From assembly GCA_963806185.1 (NCBI GenBank), contig CAWDXE010000005.1, positions 1 through 64,000 of the forward strand: a DNA stretch of 64,000 bases, in the 5' to 3' direction. The position numbers and the translations under genes were made by a program. Below are positions 48,621 to 58,304 of this stretch, in pieces. The notes under the pieces were generated by a model. The model did not search any database, was not told the origin of the DNA, and saw nothing but the letters and a program-made list of their open reading frames with translations. Position 1 is the first letter of the stretch. Each line of letters opens with the position of its first letter. This DNA comes from an uncultured candidate division Zixibacteria bacterium. GTDB lineage: Bacteria; Zixibacteria; MSB-5A5; GN15; FEB-12.

Positions 48621-49028
48621 GTGAATAGCTGCGATATCCTCTTCGAAACCAATCGCTTTAATCTCTCCGACGAAAAGCCGCACTTCATCAACCCCTGCTG
48701 TTTCGGCGAGGACCTGGCCAACTGGCTCACCGGAAGACTCCGCGCGCGCGACATCGAATGCACTGCGCCCGATCAGGAAGACTGGGGATGGTATTTCGAC
48801 GCCGAACTGAACGGACAGCCATATCTGGTTTGCATCGCGGGGAACTCGTCCGAACTCACCAACGATTCGGATCAGGGCGAATGGCATGTCACGGTTGAAA
48901 AACACCGCACCTTCTGGCAACGGCTGACTCGAGCCAATAAGATTGACGATGAAGATATGCTGGCACTGATTATTCAGCGGCTCTTGCGGCAGGAACCGGA
49001 TTTCGCCAATGTCCACGTCGAGCGGTAG
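48621..49028 (+). CDS. Hypothetical protein
   Basis: SD GGGAG + GTG; FINPCCFGEDLA and QEDWGWY motifs. Confidence 0.7.
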   Translation: MNSCDILFETNRFNLSDEKPHFINPCCFGEDLANWLTGRLRARDIECTAPDQEDWGWYFDAELNGQPYLVCIAGNSSELTNDSDQGEWHVTVEKHRTFWQRLTRANKIDDEDMLALIIQRLLRQEPDFANVHVER

Positions 49029-49044
49029 ATAATCCAATCGTATT

Positions 49045-49620
49045 GTCATTCCGGATCGTGATCGGTAGCTTGTTGTAGGTCAGGCTTCTATGTCCATTTG
49101 ATCAAGAAGCCTGACGCTCTTTCACGTATTTGACTTTTGCGTCAGGTCCTGCGGCGATTCTCATCGCCGTGTGACCTGACGCTCCCCCCACCAGCCCTCT
49201 CTCTGAAGTTAGTGGGAGCAAGTACGACTTCCGTCTAATGGCCGGCGTACGTCACGTGCGCCGGTTCCTGACCACTCCCCGCTCGTGGCGCACGGGACGT
49301 ACGCAACGCACTAGACAGCAGGTCAGGCTCCCTGTGAGCCTGACAGGTCGGCATAGTGCGCGATTTGTAGGGCAGCATCGATGCTCGCTTCTGAGCGAGC
49401 GGATGCTGCCGGGAAGAAGTGCCCCTCGTCAGGGGCGCAAGGCCCCTGACCTACGGCTACTTGCCCTCCCCTGGATTCCCGCTTTCGCGGGAATGACAGA
49501 AGGGAGCGGGAATGACATGGGTGGGAGTGAGAAGAAGTAGGTCAGGCTCCCTGTGAGCCTGACAGGCCAGTGCCGTAGGGCAGCATCGGGTCATAGTCGG
49601 TGCCACACGGCAGCACCGAG
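49045..49620. repeat. REP mosaic
   Basis: GTAGGTCAGGCT.., GTAGGGCAGCATCG.. and GGATTCCCGCTTTCGCGGGAATGAC units. Confidence 0.8.
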
Positions 49621-49735
49621 TTGTTGATTTTCCCGCCGACCGGACTCCATAGTCCACTTTCTCCTGTCATCTGCAAGTCCAAAGCAGTATCTTGCAGGCA
49701 ACCCTTCGGTGCAAATTCAGAGATAGGCAGACACT

Positions 49736-50281
49736 ATGAGATTACGCATCCTGACTTTCATTGCGATCGCACTGATCGCCCTCCTCCCATCTCTACCGGC
49801 ACAGGCCGAAACGAATATCTATCTGGGTCTTGGCGCGGCTCAACCGGTGGGCGACCTTGAGAGTGCTGTCGATCTGGGCTTTGACTTCATGTTCGGCATC
49901 GGCTTCATGGCTACCGAGAAACTTGAGATCATCCCGCAGTTTGGGTACACGGTCTTCTCGCAGACCTATGAGGATTCGCCGCTCGGCGTGGTGACGCCGG
50001 GAATCAACGTAGCCTATCATCCCGGGTCGGCCGAATCTCGAACGCACCCCTACCTGCTCGGATCGGTCGGCGCGGCGTTCCTGTTCGGGTACGACAATCT
50101 CATCGACCGGCAGCGTCTTCTCTTTGAATGGGATTTGGGGCCGGACGAAGTCGCCCCGTTTCTGGCGCTGGGAGGTGGTATCGTTCACCGGAAATTGTTT
50201 GTCGAAGCGCGGTGGGAACGAGTTTTCTCCGATCCGTTCGCCTTCTCCTTCATTGCCGTTCGCGGCGGCGTGCGACTGTAG
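49736..50281 (+). CDS. Outer-membrane beta-barrel protein
   Basis: Signal peptide ..AQA; HPYLLGSVGAA, LFVEARW, C-terminal VRGGVRL. Confidence 0.75.
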   Translation: MRLRILTFIAIALIALLPSLPAQAETNIYLGLGAAQPVGDLESAVDLGFDFMFGIGFMATEKLEIIPQFGYTVFSQTYEDSPLGVVTPGINVAYHPGSAESRTHPYLLGSVGAAFLFGYDNLIDRQRLLFEWDLGPDEVAPFLALGGGIVHRKLFVEARWERVFSDPFAFSFIAVRGGVRL

Positions 50282-50383
50282 GGCAGCATCGATGCTCGCT
50301 TCTGAGCGAGCGGATGCTGCCGGTAGGTACACTCGTCAACAACCCACGGTCAGGCTCACAGGGAGCCTGACCTACTGCTCGAA

Positions 50384-52108
50384 TTAATCCATATTCTCGT
50401 ACCGATACGGATAGTAGTGGGGCTGCCACATGGCGCTGCGAATGAGGTCACTCAGCTTGGCGTCATCGACACGCATCCCCAATCCTTCCTCGCGCGCCTG
50501 TTGTGCAACCGCCAGCGCGACCGCAAACGATATATCGCGCGCATTCTTCAAGGACGGCAGCAAGTATCCCTTTTCGCGAAGATCAGGCGTGACCAGCGAC
50601 GAAATCGCCACACTCGCCGCGTGAAACATGCGGTGGGTGACCTTCTGCGCCTGGCAGACGATCGCCCCCAGCCCCATGCCGGGGAATACATACAAGTTGT
50701 TGCATTGCGAGATGATAATCTCGCGGCCATCAGGTCCGGTAACCGGGGCAAACGGACTGCCCGTAGCCATCAGTGCCCGACCGTTGGTCGCCCGCATGAC
50801 CACCTCGGCGGTCGCCTCGGTGCACGAGGTCGGATTGGACAGCGCCAGCACGATCGGACGATCGGTGTTGACGGCCAGCGTCTGGAGAATCGACTCGGTA
50901 AACGAGCCGCCCTGTCCCGACAGGCCGATGAGGGTCGTGATCCTGGCGTGCTTGACGACTTCCGCCAGATTAGGCGCTTTGTCTTTGGTGACCGGCCAGT
51001 TGGCAATCGTGTCGCGCGGCTGGAGGAAGCGCGTCTGGTATTCATCGGTCCCGGCGCCTTCCATCAGCAGGCCGTTGATGTCGATGGCGAATATCTTGCG
51101 CCGCGCCTCAGCCTCGCTCAGGCCACCCTCCACCGTCATCAACGTCACCAAGGCATTGGCCACGCCGCTTCCGGCCTGACCGAAACCGTAAATTGCTATG
51201 CGTTCATCCGCCAGCGCACGGCCGGTCATCGAAAAAGCCGTGCACAACGCGGCAGCGGCGGTAGCACCGGTGCCCTGAATATCATCATTGAAGCTTAGAA
51301 TCCGATCTTGATACCGGCCGAGCAGAGTACCGGCGTTCTGCTTGCCGAAATCCTCCCATTGCAGAAGGGCGCGCGGGAAGACCCGGCGAACACCCTGTAC
51401 GAACCGCTCGATCACTTCGTAATAGGCATCGCCGCTCAGACGTTTGTGGCGGACGCCGACATACAGAGGGTCGTTGAGCAGTTTTTCGTTATTCGTCCCG
51501 ACATCGATCATCACCGGAAGAGTCGAGGCCGGGTGAATACCGGCGGCGGCGACATAAAGCGAGATCTTGCCGACCGGAATCCCCATCCCGTTGGCGCCCA
51601 GATCACCCAGACCGAGAATCCGCTCGCCATCGGTGGCGACCAGCAGCGAGACGTTGGGCAGACCGGCGTTTTTGAGAATCTTCTCGACACTATCGACGTT
51701 GGTAGGTGAGATGTAGATGCCGCGCCACCGCCTGATAATATGCGACAACGTCTGGCAGGCCTGACCGACCGTGGGCGTGTAGACGATCGGCAGCATCTCC
51801 TCGAGGTGGTGCAGAAGAAGTGAGTAGAAGACCGTCTCGTTGCGATCCAGCAACGCCAAGAGCGAGACATACCTTCCCAGATCAGTCGTTTTGGTATTGT
51901 AAATGGCGTAGTTGCGGGTACGCTGTTCCTCGAGCGAGCCGACTCGTTCCGGCAGGAGGCCGAGCAGGTCAAATTCGACTCGTTCCGATCGACTGAACGC
52001 GTGACCTTTGTTAAGCAGCGGATCGGCGACCAGCGTGTGTCCCCGGTGAGGGACGGCGTAGTAGACTTCGTGGGTGAGTGGGTCGACCCGCATTTCGAAG
52101 CGTTTCAT
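50384..52108 (-). CDS. maeA: NAD-dependent malic enzyme
   Basis: LPIVYTPTVG, TDGERILGLGDLG, FNDDIQGT, LSNPTS, QCNNLYVFPG. Confidence 0.93.
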   Translation of the reverse strand: MKRFEMRVDPLTHEVYYAVPHRGHTLVADPLLNKGHAFSRSERVEFDLLGLLPERVGSLEEQRTRNYAIYNTKTTDLGRYVSLLALLDRNETVFYSLLLHHLEEMLPIVYTPTVGQACQTLSHIIRRWRGIYISPTNVDSVEKILKNAGLPNVSLLVATDGERILGLGDLGANGMGIPVGKISLYVAAAGIHPASTLPVMIDVGTNNEKLLNDPLYVGVRHKRLSGDAYYEVIERFVQGVRRVFPRALLQWEDFGKQNAGTLLGRYQDRILSFNDDIQGTGATAAAALCTAFSMTGRALADERIAIYGFGQAGSGVANALVTLMTVEGGLSEAEARRKIFAIDINGLLMEGAGTDEYQTRFLQPRDTIANWPVTKDKAPNLAEVVKHARITTLIGLSGQGGSFTESILQTLAVNTDRPIVLALSNPTSCTEATAEVVMRATNGRALMATGSPFAPVTGPDGREIIISQCNNLYVFPGMGLGAIVCQAQKVTHRMFHAASVAISSLVTPDLREKGYLLPSLKNARDISFAVALAVAQQAREEGLGMRVDDAKLSDLIRSAMWQPHYYPYRYENMD

Positions 52109-52360
52109 GGCAAGAACTCCTTAGTGACTGCCCCCTTTGGCAATCGGTATTGAAGATTGATGACGCTCCGGCTGATGTCAAGGGTCTGGCCGAAGGCGGG
52201 TAAATGAAGAGGGTATAGACCGTGATGGTACAGCTGAGGTCCTGTCATAATACTTGACAAGGTGGCCGGCAACATTGGTATATTCCAGACGCACACAAAT
52301 CCATAGCCATATTCGCTTGTGGGGAACCTCACCCTGCTTCGCACTGATCGGAGTCGAATC

Positions 52361-52993
52361 ATGACCGCCACAACCGGTTCACGATGGCTTATGTCGCTCT
52401 TACTCGGCCTGATGTTGATCATGGCCGTTGAAATTGGATATCTCATCTACCAGAATAAGCAGCTTCGGGCGCAGCTTGCCGAAGTCAGCCGTCAGTTTGA
52501 ACCGCTGGCAGCCGGGTCGCGGGCGCCGGCGATCAGCGGTCGGGATATTGTCGGTTCCGAACTGGCGATTCGCTACGGCGAGGGCGCGCCGGCGACTATG
52601 CTCTTCTGCTTCTCGGCGTCGTGCGACGCCTGCGAAGGGAATGTGCCGTTCTGGAATTCCCTGTATTCCGAACTCGCGCCGGACCGCCTGCGGTGTGTGG
52701 GGCTGTGTGCCGGGATGGTCGACGAAGCCCGGACTTACGCCAAAACCAATGGCATAACCTACCCGGTACTGAGCATTGTTGACGAGCGGTTGTGGGCGGC
52801 GCTTCACGGTGAAGCGCTGCCGCAGACCATCCTGATCGGACCGGACGGTACGGTCCGGAATGTCTGGATGGGGACGCTGGAGGAAACTCAGCGGAATGAG
52901 ATAACCCGGCTTACGGCTGACTTCCGCCGCTCCGAGCCGGGACAAAATGACAAATTGCCGGTAACTGATACGACAAACAATCAACCACGTTGA
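52361..52993 (+). CDS. Membrane-anchored TlpA/redoxin-family thiol-disulfide oxidoreductase
   Basis: N-terminal TM, SASCDAC (CxxC), LPQTILIGPDG. Confidence 0.85.
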   Translation: MTATTGSRWLMSLLLGLMLIMAVEIGYLIYQNKQLRAQLAEVSRQFEPLAAGSRAPAISGRDIVGSELAIRYGEGAPATMLFCFSASCDACEGNVPFWNSLYSELAPDRLRCVGLCAGMVDEARTYAKTNGITYPVLSIVDERLWAALHGEALPQTILIGPDGTVRNVWMGTLEETQRNEITRLTADFRRSEPGQNDKLPVTDTTNNQPR

Positions 52994-53008
52994 AAGGAGG
53001 TGAAAGAA

Positions 53009-53188
53009 GTGAAAGCAGTAAAAGCTCTGGTTATTCTTGTCGCGCTGGTAGCGGTGTTCTTTGGCGCGTTCACGATTGCCTCTCCTCAGAAGGTGGAAGC
53101 CGCGAGGTGTTGCTGGGTGATGGTCTGCACGCAGACCCCGCCGATCGTGTGCTGGGAGCAGTGCAAGCCGTGTCCGAAATTTCCGTAG
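53009..53188 (+). CDS. Secreted cysteine-rich peptide
   Basis: SD AAAGGAGG + GTG; signal peptide ending VEA; 28-aa mature part with 6 Cys. Confidence 0.8.
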   Translation: MKAVKALVILVALVAVFFGAFTIASPQKVEAARCCWVMVCTQTPPIVCWEQCKPCPKFP

Positions 53189-53234
53189 ACTTTAGGGTCG
53201 AATGAAATGGAAGGACCGAACTGAAAGTTCGATT

Positions 53235-53260
53235 ATGCCGGGTTAGTCCCGGCATTTTTT
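53235..53260 (+). terminator. Intrinsic terminator
   Basis: ATGCCGGG-loop-CCCGGCAT followed by a T-tract. Confidence 0.8.
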
Positions 53261-53442
53261 ATCGGCCGGCGGCGGCTGTGCGACGAAAAAAAAGTTGTTG
53301 GATTGACAGTTCAATGCAAAAAGTTTCTTGCACTAGTGGAGACCATCGTATACGTTAGGGGGGAATGAGATACGTTACAGGGAAACTCGCAGATTCGTCT
53401 GCGGTTACACTACACTCACTTAACTCAATCACCGGAGGTCGT

Positions 53443-53553
53443 ATGACACCGTGCAGAACAATGTCGGCTGCTGCGAAAGCAAAAACGGCGAAGAAGAAAC
53501 CCGCTGCGAAGAAGAAAGCGACAAAGAAGCCGGCCAAAAAGGGAAAAAAGTAA
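53443..53553 (+). CDS. 36-aa Lys/Ala-rich histone-H1-like peptide
   Basis: SD GGAGG; MTPCRTMSAAAKAKTAKKKPAAKKKATKKPAKKGKK; followed by a hairpin and T-tract near 53591-53627. Confidence 0.7.
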   Translation: MTPCRTMSAAAKAKTAKKKPAAKKKATKKPAKKGKK

Positions 53554-53662
53554 CCCGACCGGTCTGACTGATACGATTATCGGTTACGTAGCCCCGAGTC
53601 TTGCGACGCGGGGCTTTCGTCTTTTTTACGGCTAGTTTGACGAGTGATCCGCCGAGCGGCCC

Positions 53663-54988
53663 TCACAGCGTCGAGGGTATCCGGGGAGTGGTCAGCAGGT
53701 CTATAAACCGCTTCCAGCGTTCCGAGGGTGGGCCGCTCTCGACATATGATTTCACCAGCTCCTTACCGACCGAATAGCAAATCAGATAGCTTCGATACGA
53801 GTCGTAAAAGCTCATTTTGCGCGGGGCTTCCTTAGCCGTGCAGATGGCTGAAGCGACCAGGGCCCGCTGGGCGGAGTCGGCAGTTATAACACCGTCGAGG
53901 TACACCCTGACTATATCAACCTCCAACTTGCCCAGTTCGGTGCGAATCTTCTGGACGTGAAAGTACCGGTCGGCGTCGGTCGTATCGAGACCGGCGAGCG
54001 GAAACAACACCGACCTGGTAAAGGCCTCTCCCTCGTGATTGGGAAACAGCATATCGTAGGCGTAGTTCGCGATTCCCTCAGACAGCACCGACATCGGACA
54101 GTAGAGCGGCACGACGGAGAATTCAACCCAGCCGCTGTCACGGTACAGATTCTGTTCCAGCAGAGTCAGGTTGGTGTGGTGACCGGGGTATCCCTCGTGA
54201 ACTATCGTTCCCAGCACACCACTGACGCCCACTGGCTGCTCGACATTGACCTGAACCAGTGACTGGCTGTTCCCCTTGAACCAGTTGTAGGCGCCCCACG
54301 GCTCATTCTTCACAAATTCGAGGGCCAAGTTCTCACCCGCGGGGAGCATTACATGCTCGCGTGTGCGGCGACGGGCCTCGGTCAGTGCGGCGTCGTAGAC
54401 GGCAGCGACCTGCTCCGTGGGGACGGTGAATCGTTTGAGGAAATTGTCCAGACGATCGGCAATTGTGCCACGATCGGCAATCGTGCCACGATCAGCGACC
54501 GGACCATTGTCAGGGAGCAGGCGATCGAGCTCATTCAGCAAGCTATCGCGATTGACCACCGTTTGAGACGGTGCCACCACACCGTATATGGCCCGCGACT
54601 CTGAGTCAAAAGTCATTTTCCGACCGTCGAGAATCTCAACGCGGGCAGCGGCGGAGCGAAGGTGAGCCTCTAGATAGGCATATCGCAGGCGGCGCAGCGG
54701 ACTGAAATCGGTGCGATTCAGACTTCTCAGGGCGTCCAGCAAGGCCCCGGTTCGATCGAGTAAGGGATGGACGGGTATGGGTGACTCGTCAGCCGGTTTG
54801 GCGGTGGGCCGCCATTCGGGTGGGCCGAAATATGCGTCAACATACCCCGGATCGTACTGATCGATTTCGAGCGCCAGTTTGACGTACGCCTCGGCAATCG
54901 ATTCGATGGTCATCTTCTTCATATCAATAGCGTGAGCAGCAGCCGCGACCAAAATCGAGACTACGACAACAGCCGAAATGTTTCTCAT
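53663..54988 (-). CDS. Secreted DUF885-like metallopeptidase-fold protein
   Basis: Signal peptide; YVDAYFGP, HEGYPGHH, SEGIANY. Confidence 0.8.
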   Translation of the reverse strand: MRNISAVVVVSILVAAAAHAIDMKKMTIESIAEAYVKLALEIDQYDPGYVDAYFGPPEWRPTAKPADESPIPVHPLLDRTGALLDALRSLNRTDFSPLRRLRYAYLEAHLRSAAARVEILDGRKMTFDSESRAIYGVVAPSQTVVNRDSLLNELDRLLPDNGPVADRGTIADRGTIADRLDNFLKRFTVPTEQVAAVYDAALTEARRRTREHVMLPAGENLALEFVKNEPWGAYNWFKGNSQSLVQVNVEQPVGVSGVLGTIVHEGYPGHHTNLTLLEQNLYRDSGWVEFSVVPLYCPMSVLSEGIANYAYDMLFPNHEGEAFTRSVLFPLAGLDTTDADRYFHVQKIRTELGKLEVDIVRVYLDGVITADSAQRALVASAICTAKEAPRKMSFYDSYRSYLICYSVGKELVKSYVESGPPSERWKRFIDLLTTPRIPSTL

Positions 54989-55087
54989 TTGTACCGCCTC
55001 GTGCTGAAATTGCCTACGCGGAATTTAGCACGGTTGGGCAGGTTTGGAAAGGAAACTCGCGACGTTGCCAAGTGGTCGATGGAAGGC

Positions 55088-55594
55088 TCAGGGGCAGGAT
55101 GGCAGCGGGGTGAAATTGACGAACATGTAATCGATAATGGCGGTCAGGGAGGCGATATCGGGACGATTGGCGGTTGCGCCGGGAGCTGAGGCGTTCTGGC
55201 CGAAGTTTGCCTCGGCATCACAGCAAAGCGGTTTGAAGGAGATGAACAGATAGTCGATGAGGCGGGTCAGATCGACGATATCGATCTGGTCATTCGGGTC
55301 GCAGTCAATGTTGCCGACGAGACCGACGCAGCAGGAGGGGACTGCCTCAGCGTTCCAGAACCCCTGGCTGACGGTGTAGGTGGGCGACAGGCGGACACCG
55401 ACGAATGTTTCTCCGAACGTGCCAACCTCGGTGAAGGTGGCGCTGTGCCCCTTGACGCCGCCGCCGGAGAGGATCTGCTTGACGACTTTCCTGGCCGACG
55501 CGGGCACCGGGTTGGTGGTCTCGGCCGCGGCCATTGTGGCGGCCAGCAGGATCGTCAGTCCGAGGACAAGGGATGTTTTGCGCATAAGTTTCAT
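55088..55594 (-). CDS. Small secreted protein with dockerin-like domain
   Basis: Signal peptide; QGFW; CCVGLVGNIDCD..IDIVDLTRLIDYLF and DIASLTAIIDYMF. Confidence 0.8.
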   Translation of the reverse strand: MKLMRKTSLVLGLTILLAATMAAAETTNPVPASARKVVKQILSGGGVKGHSATFTEVGTFGETFVGVRLSPTYTVSQGFWNAEAVPSCCVGLVGNIDCDPNDQIDIVDLTRLIDYLFISFKPLCCDAEANFGQNASAPGATANRPDIASLTAIIDYMFVNFTPLPSCP

Positions 55595-56178
55595 AAATAG
55601 CAATCGTCGAGAAGTCCGGAAGTACAGGTACGTTGTCACCCTTAAGTTGCCTATATGGAGCGATTTTGTCAATCTAAATCTGACAGGGGCGGGGCGGACC
55701 TCGCCGGCCATCTCCCAGGGGGAGAGTTAGGTAGAGAAAAATTACGGCCCTGGCGCACGGGACGTACGCCAGGCACATTTGTGACGATCTTCAATTCGTA
55801 GTTCCGTAGCCCACCTATCAGGTGGGTTTGTCTTTCTCTGGTTTTCCCCTTGCATAGTCCTCTGTGCCAGATTCATCGACGACGAAACTCGCGGAGTTAT
55901 TGGTCCGTCAAGTATCGAAAGGGGAAAGCCAGAGAAGTTCAACCCACCCGTTGGGTGGGGTACGGGTGTACGCCGGCACAGCATCTAACATCGGGCTTCG
56001 ACTTCGCTCAGCCCGACGAACACTCTCTACTTGGCCCCCACCCCGGCCCTCTCTCTGAAGGGAGAAGGGGTAAGAAGAGGACAAGCTTGACGGGGAGATT
56101 GAACGCAGCACCACCTCGAAGACTCGGTTCGGTGCTGCGCTACGTCTCCCTTCCCGGCGAACGTCGGGGCCCGATCTT

Positions 56179-56835
56179 TCAATCCCAACCCGAATTGAAA
56201 GTCGCGACGACAATCAACGCAGTGATCACAATGCCCCCGGCCACGACCGGAGCCATGTACGATCGGCCGGTTCCGCCTATGTATAACCCTGTTCGCCGGC
56301 CACTATAGGGGACCGTCTGGAGCTGTATGCCGTCGAAATAGTAGTTGTACCCTCGAACGGACAGTGACTCAAGGTACAGGTCGATCGAGAAATAATCGCC
56401 CAAGGTCAAAGAGGTCCCCAGATTCAGCCCCACGCCATTCACGTCTTCATTGCTAAGGAAACTGTGGATAAAGACACCGGGCATGAGATCCAGACCGATT
56501 CGGGGAGTGAACCAATAGCGGGCCCGTCCTCGGACGCCCAGTTTGGGGCCTCCGTCACTCGTGGTGAAATGGCCGGAACCGCCCAAAGCCCAGCGATCGG
56601 AGACGTTGCGCATATATCCCAGGTCGGCGGCTAGCAGGGCGGGATCAAGGCCGAAATATTTGGCCGAGCCGGCCGCACGGTAGAAGACGCCGGCTTCGAG
56701 AATGGCAAATGACGAACACTTTGCCCTTGAGCCGCCGCGAAAAGCGAAGCCGGTTGGCGGTTTGTCCTGAGCATGGGCGGACAGGCAGACCAGGAGCAAT
56801 AGTGTGCTCACGACATAGAAGGTGCGATTTGGCAT
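56179..56835 (-). CDS. Outer-membrane barrel-like hypothetical protein
   Basis: Signal peptide; clear paralog of 57556-58203 (DLGYMRN.S.RWALGGSGH, GxRGRARYWFTP). Confidence 0.75.
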   Translation of the reverse strand: MPNRTFYVVSTLLLLVCLSAHAQDKPPTGFAFRGGSRAKCSSFAILEAGVFYRAAGSAKYFGLDPALLAADLGYMRNVSDRWALGGSGHFTTSDGGPKLGVRGRARYWFTPRIGLDLMPGVFIHSFLSNEDVNGVGLNLGTSLTLGDYFSIDLYLESLSVRGYNYYFDGIQLQTVPYSGRRTGLYIGGTGRSYMAPVVAGGIVITALIVVATFNSGWD

Positions 56836-57158
56836 AGGTTGTTGCTTTCGCGCTTGAGAAAGGATGAAACATAAGATAGAGTGGCGCATGCCTGTCAGTC
56901 AAGCGCGGATGGAGTGTGTGGTCGGCACGCAAAATTACTTTCGATAGTCCCACCTGACAGGTGTAAGAATTCACCCAATCCCCAAATAATAGAGACGACG
57001 GATTCACTCTAGTCACGGGAGGGATTACCGGCTGGAGGGGTTAATACCGGCGATTCGATTGCGTCACACCACCGACTCGCGGCGAGTGACCGGACGTTTG
57101 TGCGGAAGATGTTGTTGCTGAAGTAGCCTCTCTTTCAGGGTGTACTCAGCATTGCAGA

Positions 57159-57195
57159 CCCCCGTGGTGCCCCCGGCGCCACGGGGTTAGTTTTT
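57159..57195 (+). terminator. Intrinsic terminator with no plus-strand CDS upstream
   Basis: CCCCGTGGTGCC-loop-GGCGCCACGGGG followed by TTAGTTTTT. Confidence 0.65.
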
Positions 57196-57555
57196 GTCGC
57201 GCCCAAACGCATAGTGTCCCCTATTGGCCCTCACCCCGACCCTCTCCCGGAGGGAGAGGGGGAAAGAGAACTCTCACGGCCTGGCGCACGAGACGCACGG
57301 CGGGCATTAGGTAGTCACTTCACCGTCGTCACCCTTCGACTGCGCTCAGGGTGACGGGAAAGGTTGCTCAGAGTGACGGGGCGTGTTGCCCTTAGCGACA
57401 AATCAGAACAGAACGTCAGGATCGCCCGCTAAGAAGCGGGGATCCTGACCTACAAGACTGATGACTTGGATCATTCCCCGTGGATTCTGGACCGCTGGTC
57501 CAGAATGACAAGCGAGACTCGTCGTCGGGCTCGCAGGGAGCCTGACCTACTATCC

Positions 57556-58203
57556 TCAATAGTCCACATGCACCGTGTGCGCAAAGATCAGCACGAAAAG
57601 CACGCACCCGGCGAGGAAGGCCGCCCCCGCGTACGATCGACCGGTGGCGCCGAGATAGAGCCCCGTGCGCTGTGCTTTGTAATAGTACAACTCCGGCTGG
57701 ACACCGTCCCTGCGAAAGGCGTGGTCCTCAATCGGGATTGATTCGAGATAAGCGTCGAACGACAACAGCTCTTCAAACGTGAGTGAGAGGCCGAGCGTAA
57801 GCCCCGGGCCGTTCATCTTCTCGTGATCATAGTTGCCGTAAACGATGACACCCGACATCAGGTCGAGTCCCACTTTGGGGGTGAACCAATAGCGGGCACG
57901 GCCGCGAAGACCGACTTTGGCGCCGTCACCATTGAGGTTGACGTGGCCGGACCCGCCCAGCGCCCAGCGGTTGGAGATGTTGCGCATGTAGCCGAGGTCG
58001 ACCATCAGCATGGTCCGGTTGCTGTAGCCATAGGTCGCGGAGCCGACGGCGCGGTAGACGACGCCCGTTTCGAAGAGGGCGAAGGATTTGCAGGAATCGG
58101 CTGGTCCGCCGCGGAACACGAAATTGCTGGGGTCGGCATGGGCCTGACCGATAGCGATTCCTAACCCAAGAATAAGTATGAGTGCAAACGTGCGACTAGA
58201 CAT
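57556..58203 (-). CDS. Outer-membrane barrel-like hypothetical protein (paralog of 56179-56835)
   Basis: SD AGGAGG; signal peptide ..AHA; shared motifs. Confidence 0.75.
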   Translation of the reverse strand: MSSRTFALILILGLGIAIGQAHADPSNFVFRGGPADSCKSFALFETGVVYRAVGSATYGYSNRTMLMVDLGYMRNISNRWALGGSGHVNLNGDGAKVGLRGRARYWFTPKVGLDLMSGVIVYGNYDHEKMNGPGLTLGLSLTFEELLSFDAYLESIPIEDHAFRRDGVQPELYYYKAQRTGLYLGATGRSYAGAAFLAGCVLFVLIFAHTVHVDY

Positions 58204-58304
58204 GACACCCGGCCTCCTGTCGCGAATGAGTTTGAGATTATGTAAAGATAATGACGTGGAAGGGGTGGGTAAAGTGGAAAGGGAAAGGGGGGGCGGGTTC
58301 TGGA

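Noticed and set aside
57100..57145. Glycine riboswitch
   Set aside because: Only CTGAAG..CTTTCAGG resembles it; the GGAGA core and a downstream same-strand gene are missing
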